In this document: positions 54,046-64,000 of the stretch, piece by piece
Numbering within the stretch: position 1 is the stretch's first letter
Layout of the letters: each line of letters opens with the position of its first letter
DNA from: Camelus ferus
Lineage: Eukaryota
Length of the DNA: 64,000 nt
Direction: 5' to 3'
Assembly (NCBI RefSeq): GCF_009834535.1
Contig: NC_045698.1
Location: 9,054,001 to 9,118,000, forward strand
Notes under the pieces: model-generated
Seen by the model: the letters and a program-made list of their open reading frames with translations, nothing else
The model's database searches: none
Told to the model about the DNA's origin: nothing
Position numbers and translations under genes: made by a program

Positions 54046-55974
54046 ATAATGGTGTATTTATTTTCCGAGTCCTTTCTTATTTTCCCTTTATCCAAAAGTG
54101 GATTAGCAGATTTAGTAACATTATTTTCTACTATAAAAGTTGTACGTGATCACTAGATAATTTTGATGACATATTAAGTATAAATTAGTAGATGACCAGT
54201 TATTATGGCATATAAATATCAGAGGCTTTCATTAGGCGAATATTGGTGGGAAGTGCTGGTTTTCTATTGTGTGTTTTAAGCCTCAGACCAGTCTATGGCA
54301 CATGCATTGCTATTTTACTGGTTTACGATACAACTAAGTAAGGTCGCAGAGACTAAGTGATTTTCCCCAACACCTATTGCTCACAGAAGGCAAAGCTCTC
54401 ACCTGTGCCACAGTATCCCAGCCCAACAGCTTGCAAAGTTCAACATTTATAGAGAAAAAACCTGCTGGTGCCCCACAGCGTCCCTAACCATCTGCAAAAA
54501 ATGCTCTTTTTTTATTACAGAAATGTAAGTGAGGATTTTGAAATGAAAAAAGTAAATTGGTTGCTTGTCAAAACAGAATTCTTTCAAAAATTCCAATTTT
54601 TTTTTATGATAACTACTTGAGTATTGAAGAGTCCCCAAGTCTTTGAAAGAATGTATAAGTATCATTTACATGAAAATATTTTTGAAATATCATACTCAAA
54701 CATAATCATGTAAAATAGTGTCATCTTCTCACTTCTATTAGAGAATAAATTAGCTTTCCAGATAACCAGTTTTTATAAAATGGCTTCCACATAATGAAAA
54801 GATAAAAATCGTTGCAGATTTCAAAAATGTGATGAAAGACATAATAATTTTCAGTACTTACTCAAGAGTAGAAGACATGCAAATAGAAAAATATTCTATG
54901 TTGATGAAGTGAAACTCTGCATGATGACGTAAAATGTTATTTTTATCTGCTTACAATAAAATTTAACTTCTTACATTGTTTTTTATATTTTAATTAGTTT
55001 TTAGTTAAGATGTTTATTTATTTGATTAACAATTCATTATATTAAGTAAGGCAATGAATGAGGATGGTTCATTCTGTACTAAAGAGGTATACTAGGGTTT
55101 TGTGGTATATAGTATACAAAAGCAAAAAAATAACTGCAGATACTTGAGTGACATAAGTAAGTGGAAATCAGCGATTGTACTGAAAATTTCATGCCATAGT
55201 GAATGACAAAATCAATCACTGAAAATAGTCAGTGAATGTGGAGGGGAGCAATGGTCACTCCATTTCAGCATGTTGGTTGTTTTGATAAATAAGAGCCTTT
55301 CTAGACTGCTAATTTTTTCTAACAAATTATTAACACATAACTTAAAATTTCAAGATCTAAACCTGCTACCAAAACTTATTCAAGTGTATTGTTATAGACC
55401 ATGGTTTGCGAAAGTATATCCAAAGGAATCTTGTTCTGCTACATTATCTTTAAAACAAACAAACAAAAACAAACCGAAAAACACAAAATGTCTGGAATTC
55501 TGTATATTTGGAAAATACAAAACGTTTTCCCTCTTATAGAAAATTATAAATTAACTTTAGCATAATACAATTTTCAAAAGTTCTATGGTAGTAAAGTAAT
55601 GTCAACTTTGTTAAAAATACCCATAAATGTAGACCTTCCATTGACTGCAGGAGAGGACTATCCTGAGAACATGGTAATCTGATTAGCTGCCTTCATGTCT
55701 CACTTATAATTTCTCCACTTTTAATACCATGACTAAAATTTGAGTGTTTTTCAGTTCTGTTTTTCTCCTAAGAAGAAAAACTTAATCCTTGTTTTTGAAA
55801 AATGGAATTTCCTAACAAATAAATATAAGCCTGGACATTTTATTCTATGCATTGGTTTGACCATTTGACAAAGCCTTTTACATATCAAACTTTCAGAGTC
55901 ATTAATTCATTCCCTAGAGGGCTTTCAACACCTATTTCCCATTTCAATAAAAAGTATATATTCTTGATATGTGA

Positions 55975-56420
55975 TGCACATGTCCTTAGACATAGATATG
56001 CGTATGTAAGCATATATATATATACTTGAACATCAAAGGTTATGTATTGAGTGTATACAGTTTAATCTATTAAAAAGATAAGTTGTCATATAAATCTCAT
56101 CCTCTGTCTTACATTCCTCACTGAATGGTATGTTTTTAAAATACGTTCAAGACTGTGTGGCTATAGACCTTGGCTTCTGCCTGTTGCATAGTATATTGTA
56201 ATGATTATCAATAAACTTTTACAGATTTACTCCCTTTTGCTGGTCATTGTTAGGTCCATCTGACTACTAGCACAATCATTAAGTAAGTGATTAGATTTGT
56301 ACATAGGACTTTGCCCCTGTGTGAGCATTTCTCTGGAAAAATACAGATTCAGAAATGTAACTCCTGTATTACAATGTATATTTAATTTTCATGAATATTT
56401 AATTTTTATTATTTATGCTG
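55975..56420 (-). mobile_element. L1ME-type 3' fragment (degenerate)
   Basis: TTGCATAGTATATTGTAATG...GAGCATTTCTCTGGAAAAATACAG...AGAAATGTAACT. Confidence 0.5.
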
Positions 56421-56546
56421 GATCTTAGTAATTTTCCACTTTTATTATATACTTTGTTCTTTATTTGGTGTCTCTCTGCTATCTCTGTCTCTTTGTCTCT
56501 CTCTGTCTAATCAATATTAACATACATTTATGCAACTTCATATTTT

Positions 56547-56742
56547 ATTTTATTTTATTTTATTTTTTAAAATTTTATTGAGTTATAGTCGGTTTACAAT
56601 GTTGTGTCAATTTCTGGTGTACAGAACAATTTTTCAATCATACATCAATATACATACATTCATTTTCATATTCTTTTTCACCATGCGCTATTACAAGATC
56701 TTGTATATATTTCCCTGTGCTATACAGTATAAACTTGTTTAT
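56547..56742 (-). mobile_element. Short young LINE-1 3'UTR insertion with (TTTTA)n tail and TSD
   Basis: TATAGTCGGTTTACAATGTTGTGTCAATTTCTGGTGTACAG; TSD AACTTC(A/C)TATTTT at 56534-56546 and 56743-56755. Confidence 0.9.
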
Positions 56743-59654
56743 AACTTCCTATTTTCAAATAATGATGTTTTAGAGGAACTGTAGTGTGACACTAAACCAA
56801 AGTTTCTGTCCTTTGAGGCGATGTATTACCTATCTATCATGCCCTAGCCTGGAAACTGCCCTGAGAATTACGTCACCTGTGTTGTCATGTGTTAACAGAA
56901 TACAGCCTGGCCTCTACCAGCCAACAGTGCAATGAAAAGTGAGTGTTCGGAGAGCAACTTTTGTCCGTAGACATGTGATAAGGATTTGTAATTACATTAC
57001 ACATCAATAGTCTTTCTCTTATCTTTGATTCTGCCCTAAAACGAATCTAATATACAGCTGTATCTCCTGTTGTTTGCCATAGATCCATGAGGTTTGAAAG
57101 AAATATTCATATAGGAAATAAATGGTGCTTAATTTGTTCCGTGCTAAGCAAAATGTTGCTGACTAGTTGATGCTATTCTTTAGAATTTAAAAATTATAGT
57201 GTCATAGTCAACATTGAGCTTTAAATCAGTTTGGAGATACTATGCAATAGATCACCTTTAAGTGATACATTTAAGCATGATTTTTTTCTCATTTAAAAAA
57301 AATAATATTCCACTTGCCTGGTGATATCTGCTATCTTCCCTAAGCACTTTTCACTTTGTCCACATATATACTGGGTGTCCTCCTTGTCTACTGAATATTG
57401 TGAAGGACCTGGAAAGGCAGGATTCCTTTGCAGTAGATTTCCTGCTGAGGCTTGTTCACTCTCTGCTGCGGTTTTCCTGCCTTCAGATTTAGTGTGTTGT
57501 ATGTTTACGTTCTCCTTGTTGTAGCATTTGGAGCCCCAAGGGCTTTTGGCGGCTCTTCATTTGTATATGTGCATATTCACTACTCTATTTAGGATTAAGT
57601 TTTTTTTCCTTCTCGACTTTATTTGTTATTTGAATGCCCAGATCCCCCAATGCCCGCTATCTCACTTCAGTTTCTGCCAGCTGGGGCTGTGCCTTTGGGT
57701 CCCACGCTCTGGCCGTCAGCTGGGGTTTCTCCCTGGCTGGTCTGCCTCTTCGTGATTTCCCAGTGGCTTACATCCTGCTTGGCTGCTGGAGAGTTCTGCC
57801 TTCTGCTTGTTTGTTGCAAGGCTCATTGGATTTTACTCATAAACATGGTTTAATTTTCTTTTCTAAGGGAATTCATACCTTTTTTCTCCCCTTTTGTATT
57901 GCTATTGTCCCTGTATCTGCAGACAATTATTTCATTATTTTTTATATTTTTTTATAGATGTTTTCAAATATTTTTACACAGCTGTGTCCGAGCCTTTCAG
58001 ATCTTTGAAATTTTGGTTTTATAGTAATTTAAATTATATTTGTTTTCTTTAGAACAAACTTTATTTTCAGACAATGCTCTATTACACTGAAAAGAGCTAT
58101 AGGGATAAAGGATAAAATCAAATATGAGGTAAAATTATCATTGTCCAACCGATAATTATGAAAGGTGAACATTATTTCATGTAAATGACTTTATCATTTT
58201 AATTACTCACTTTTTATCTTAAAATAGACTATATATTTATAACAATATGTATTTAAACATTGTTTCATTTAACATTTTTATCACAATTGTTTTGTATATA
58301 TTAAACACCAAGTAATGGTACAAGTTTATCATTAAAAAGAGTACTCCTGAGTCCCCATCTTCCAAATTACTAGAAACTTTATTTATATATAGAATGTTTT
58401 TTTTTAAATAGTATGCTCATACCAATATTTAAATATATGTTTTCAAATTTACACAGTAATTATCAGCTAAAGAACATTAGGATTTAGATCTTATACACAA
58501 ATCTCCATTATAGATTCTCCTTTTTCTTAAGCTAATTATATACTATATAATTCTCTCTTTCTATGGATAGACAGATATACAGTTAGCTAAATTATTAAAT
58601 GCTTGTATGAGTAGGATGATATAACAGTATTTTCATATAAACCACACACTGTACCATGTTTCTATTTCTTTTTCTGTAAAATTTTTGGTCTCTTCTCTGC
58701 ATTTTATCATTACCTCATACTTATTTTATTTTCTTAGTCTCATACATGTCTTTGATTATATCACAAGCAAACTCTCTAACTGGTCTAAAATCTTTGTCAA
58801 TATGACCTTACAGTGTAGTAACCTTCAATTGTTCGTTAAGTGTTTCAATCTTAAAGCTTAATGACCATTTTTTAAGGTAGATTTAATGTAGATGCCATTG
58901 GCCATACACTGCCAGTTGGATAGGGGACTGGACTGTTTCTTGAAAATATTTGGCTACATTTCAATAATTTAATTAATATCTAAGTGTGATGATTATTGAT
59001 TTAAAAAGTAAATCATTTTGGTTGAATCAGTTAGCCTCTCTCGACTAGACATTATGTCTTAGTTATCAGTTCAGCTACTTTGTTATTTCCAGAACAAAGA
59101 ATAAAATTTCAAATTTGACATTATCTACTGTTTATTTCAGGACAGATGTGTTGACCATATGTCATATCTGAATATCTTTCATAAATGATCTGGAAAACCA
59201 GCCATTCCTAAACTTAGAAAATCCCAACATATTTTTTTCAATTCTAATTTGGCCTGAAATATACTAGCCTCCCAATTAATAGAAAGGGAGGTAATTAAAA
59301 CTATATATATAATTCTATTTTAAGAATTTTAATAAGATAGAATATTGTTCAAGATAATCCATTTTTCAATAATATTTGTGGCACTTCTCATTACATACCT
59401 GCATTTTATTAGCCTCACTTTACTTAAAAAGAAATTGAAATTTACTTAACTTATTTTATGTTTCATAACATGATCCATAAAATATATAACTGGAACTTAA
59501 GTTTCCTGAATTTTATATCAATGTTCTTAGATTATAGTACCCCAGAATTTTGAAAGCCCAATTTTAAGCTTTTTTCATTTCCTATGTTCAGAATCTTGAG
59601 TTACAGGTTAGGTCTGTCCCAATGTACCAGAATAAAATATTGTTTTTTACTTCT

Positions 59655-61003
59655 AGTTTTATTGAGACATAACTGGCATACAACACTGTATAAGTTTAAG
59701 GTATACAACTTAATGACCCAACGTATGTATATATTGTGAAATGATAGCCACAATAGGTTTAACTTCCACATTCTCATATATGTATAATTAAAAAATTTTT
59801 TCTTTGTAAAGAGAGATTTCAAGATCTATTGTCATAGCAACTTGCAAATATACCATGCAGCATTGTTAACTGAAGTCATCATGTTGTAAGCTAAATCCCC
59901 AGTACTTATCTTACAACCGAAATTTTGTACCTTTTGACCACTTTTACCTAATTCCCCCTTCTTCCACCCTTACCTTTTGCAATCACAAGTCTCATCTCTT
60001 TTTCTGTGAGGTTTTTTTTTTTAATTCCATATATAAGTGAGATCATACAGTATATGTCTTTCTCTGTCCGACTTATTTCACTTAGCATGATACCCTCAAG
60101 TCCCAATCATGACGTCACAAATGGTAGGGTTTCCTTTTTAATGATGAATAATATTTCATTGTGTAAACACACACACACACAGACACACACATATATATAT
60201 ATATACATCACATTTTCTTTATCCATTCATTTGTTAGTAGACACTTAGGTTGTTTCCATATTCTTGGCTATTCTAAATAATACTGCAATGAAAAATAGAT
60301 GAAGGTGCAGATACCTTTTCAACATCATAATTTTATTTCTTTTAGGCGTACACTAGAGAGAGATTGCTGGTAGCTCTGTTGTTAACTTTTTGAGAAAACT
60401 CCACAATATTTTCCATACTGGTTGTACTAATTTATATTGTCACCAAAAGTGCACTAGTGTTCCCACTTCTCCGCATTCACACCGGCATTTGTTATCTCTT
60501 GTCTTTTTGGTGCCAGTCATTCTAGCAGGCAGGTGATGATACTTTGCTGAGGTTTTGATTTGCATTTTTCTCTAATTACTGATGACGTTTAGTGCTCTTC
60601 CATGCACACGTTGGCCATCTGAATATCTAATTTGGAACTTGTTTCTTTTCTTTGTTCATTTTTAATTGGATTACTTGTGGGTTTTTTTTGTTTTTTGTTT
60701 TTTTTTTTGAGTTGTAAGAGATATTTATATATTTTGGATACTAACCTCTTATCAGATATATGATTCACAAATATTTTTACCATTACATAGCTTGCCTTTT
60801 CATTTTGTTGATTGGTTCTTTTATGGTACAGAGGCTTTTTAGTTTAATATAGTCCCACATGTTTATTTTTCATTTTGTTTCTTGTGCTTTAAGTGTCATA
60901 TTCAAGAATTATTGCCAAGACTCCTCTCAAGAAGTGTTTTTGCCAAATGTCCTTCTATGATTTTCGTGGTTTCAGTTCTCAGCATTTAAGTCTTTAACTC
61001 ATT
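59655..61003 (-). mobile_element. L1MA9-like LINE-1 (ORF2 3' end + 3'UTR)
   Basis: TTTATTGAGACATAACTGGCATACAACACTGTATAAGTTTAAGG; peptide KIFVNHISDKRLVSKIYK (ORF 60589-60783 -). Confidence 0.92.
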
Positions 61004-61009
61004 CCTCTC

Positions 61010-61540
61010 ACCACGATGAAATCAGAAAGAAATAGGATATCTGAACAGACTAATCATTAATAAGGGCATTGAATCAGTAATCAGAATTCTTCCACACTAG
61101 AAAATATTTACTTAATACAAAGGAAGCAATACAGGAGGAATAGAGGCACGCACAAAAAACACATGGAAAATATAGAAAGCCAAAGGAAATTCACAGATGC
61201 AAATCCACGTATGTCAATAATAACATTAAATGTGAATATATTACACAATCAAATCAAAACATCAAAATTGTCAGACTGGATAATAAGAAAACAATATTCA
61301 ACTATCTGCTATCGAAGGAGACACAGATTCAATAGGCTAAAATCAAAAGGAAGGAATAAGATCTATCATGCAAACAGCAACCACAGGAAAGTCAGAGGGG
61401 CTATAAAAATATAGGGCACAGGAGACATTGGAACAAAAAATGTTACCGGATATAAAGATAGACCTGGTATGACAGAAAGGTCAGTCTGTGTGTTGCAGAC
61501 TTGAATGCTCCATTTTCAGTATTGGATAGAACAAATTTGC
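61010..61540 (+). mobile_element. L1M sense fragments (mid-ORF2 piece, then inter-ORF region/ORF2 start)
   Basis: GAAATAGGATATCTGAACAGAC...ATTGAATCAGTAATC; peptide MSIITLNVNILHNQIK...KIYHANSNHRK. Confidence 0.85.
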
Positions 61541-61905
61541 AGTATTGCTTTGGCAATTCTGGGTCTTTTGTGATTCTATATAAAATTAAGTATTATTTAT
61601 TCTAGTTCTGTGAAAAATGTCCTGGGTAATTTGATAGGGATCGCATTAAATCTGTAGATTGCCTCGAGCAGTAAGGCCATTTTAACAATATTGATTCTTC
61701 CAATCCCAGAGCATGGGATATCTTTCCATATCTTTAAGTCATCTTTAATTTCCTTAATCAATATTTTGTAGTTCTCCATGTATAAGTTTTTAACCTCCTT
61801 GGTCAGATTTATTCCTAGGTATCTTATTGTTTTGGATGTGATTTTAAAAGGGATTGTTTCTTTACTTTCTTTTCCTGCTATTTCATTGTTAGTGTAAAGA
61901 AATGA
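61541..61905 (-). mobile_element. Young LINE-1 ORF2 internal fragment (post-RT)
   Basis: [33 protein letters not shown]...[20 protein letters not shown]. Confidence 0.92.
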
Positions 61906-63409
61906 AAATTATAGAGTAATACTTGGTATCAAACTAAAATGCACCATCCCGCTGGGTGCTATCTCAGTAGCTTATTCTTCAGCTTTTCCTGAAAAAGACC
62001 CTTAAAAATGTGCTACTCATGACACTGAGATGAAAAAAATATATATCAATGTTATTTTATTATTTAATAGTTAAGAAGTCTTTGTACATTTAAAGTATAA
62101 AGCCAGCACATTAAAATACTTGATTTTTTTCATTGAATAAATGCCTCTTGAAAGAAAAAAAAAAAGAATTTAATGGTAATAGTGACACTCAAAAGCAAGG
62201 CAACTGTGTTTTTAAACAGTACAGAAATGCAAAAATGTAAGAAAGGGTTGAGGCTGTTGGATTATTGGCCTGGAATAAAGTAGGGAAAGGTGAGTTTTTC
62301 TCTCTTCAGGAGTTTGATACTAAATGTTTATGATGTGAAATTTGAGATTTCAGCCAAAGTGAATGAGAGAAGAGGTGGCTGTCTAATTCATGAAAAAGTT
62401 TGACCAAGTTGTCTCCTGCTGTTGCCTGGGGACCTGGCTTCATGAAATGTGCAGCCCAAGGAAGATGGAAGGCAGAGAACAGCCTGCTATCAGGAATTGA
62501 GTCTAACATACACAGGCCGAGTGACTGGATTTTAGATGTCATGACTGAAACTCGAAGATCTAATTCTGAATTAGGGCCCTTGGATCTCCCAGTGAATCCA
62601 ACCTCAGGACATCATGCAAGAGTTAGGGAAGGATGACAAGATAAAAGAGACCAAAAGCAAGTACCTAGAAATGCACACAAGTTAAATGTGTAAGCATGTG
62701 AATGGCATGAAGAAATATAAGAATCAGAAATTAGATTCACTCTGGAATATATGCAAACATTCTCAGATATACAGAGACACAAGTAGTATACACACCCACA
62801 GTCACATCCACACACAAGGAAATATTAAAGAATAGATTTTACCAAGAAGAATATGGAAATAAGTAGAAAAAATAAGAATGAGCAAATGAATTCCCTAATG
62901 CATGACAAAGTAATAAATTATTGACTTTGAAACATATATTTTTCAATAATTTTAAAAGGAAACGGACACTGTAGATTTCATTAAAAAGATATATTCGGGC
63001 TGTGGGTCTGAGGTTTTGTGGTGTTAGTCAAAGTAAACGAAAATAGGTAAATGGGAAAAGGGTAGAGATTTAGAAATACTTAAAACTTTTAGAAAGTATC
63101 CTAAAATATGAATTTTAAAAATGGTATGTAGACACTATAGGGATAAAATATGTTGTATTGCTCCTAAAACAGCAGAGGCAATGCTTTAGGGGAGAAGATT
63201 ATAGAAAGAAAGGTAACTTTGAGAAACTATGCAGTGAAAGGAAAAAGGAGAACATGGGGAATTTAGCTTCCTGGAAGAAGAAAAGATTACCAAAAAAAAC
63301 CCGAAACAGAACAAAACAAAAAGTATTCTTTTATGCTACCCTCCACGGTAACAAAAAACCGTGGAGGGTAACAAAAAACAGAAGTCCCCATACTTTGCTA
63401 CACTGACAG

Positions 63410-63935
63410 CTCACGCTAAAGAGAAATCCCATAAATGAGCTGAAAGTACCTCCCCACAAACATCTTTCTAATTATGAAGGGGAAGATAGTAATTTACAGT
63501 GAAGAAAACTGGCACACACTTCTTCAACCAAGTGATTACAGTTAATGTCACCACTAATGAGGCCCATCCATATAAAGTACCCCCTAATCTAAGGCATTGA
63601 GAAGAACACAGAGTCTGTTCAGTGATGTTGATGCAAAAAATATATTACCTGAATCAAATCATGAAGGCAGATCAGAAAAATCTAACTGAAAGGGTATTTT
63701 ATATAAGATAATGGTGTCCTGTCTGCAACTCTGCAATGTGCTGCCAAATGATTCAGAAAAAATATAGAAGGCAGGACAGAGAGAGAGAAAGAGAGGAACA
63801 TAAGAGCATTCAAAACTTACAGCTAATACAGCAGAATCCTTGACAGTAGGGGATGTGGGTGAAATATACGTGTGCAAGAATTTTGTACTATTCTTGTAAC
63901 TATCCTTTAAGCTTGAAATTTCATCAAAATAATTG
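63410..63935 (+). mobile_element. L1MC4-like 3'UTR
   Basis: AAAGTACCTCCCCACA...TTTACAGTGAAGAAAACTGGCA...AACCAAGTGAT...TTTGTACTATTCTTGTAACT. Confidence 0.8.
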
Positions 63936-64000
63936 TTTTACTTTAAAAGAACAGTGTACAAGTGATGCTAGAAGTGTATCAACAATTATAAAGTTTTAAA

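Noticed and set aside
51978..56742. L1 pieces at 51978-52707 and 56547-56742 look like complementary parts of one element
   Set aside because: The 56.5-kb piece has its own TSD, and the order is wrong for a simple split, so they are probably independent insertions.
49645..61587. Staggered-break inversion of the 11.5 kb between the inverted copies
   Set aside because: L1 sequence is continuous on both sides of the 61-kb copy, so no breakpoint is visible there.
1..64000. Prokaryotic-type systems (CRISPR arrays, operons) and the remaining 60-130 aa ORFs
   Set aside because: The sequence is mammalian non-coding DNA with no repeat-spacer array. The ORFs are low-complexity, often start at non-ATG codons, and lack recognisable domains.

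Overview
AT-rich, CpG-poor, repeat-dense eutherian genomic DNA, consistent with an intergenic region or deep intron. I found no host protein-coding exon, tRNA, rRNA or other structured RNA gene. The ORF-track entries are chance ORFs or LINE-1 remnants. The repeats are L2/MIR, MLT/LTR16/LTR33, MER5/MER20, Tigger1, many L1M fragments and young lineage-specific L1s. These, with no recognisable ruminant, pig or primate SINEs, suggest a cetartiodactyl, probably a camelid (inferred from remembered consensus sequences, not a search). The most striking structure is a ~1.18-kb palindrome (36683-37860) of two tail-to-tail copies of an ERV LTR, bounded by one 6-bp target-site duplication (CCTTAT). Its arm cores are nearly identical but the arm ends are diverged. 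The window also holds three other local inverted duplications (223 bp, ~104 bp, 13 bp), a perfect 100-bp tandem duplication, and an L1 with a twin-priming 5' inversion. Repeat family names come from recalled consensus motifs, and boundaries of old repeats are approximate.
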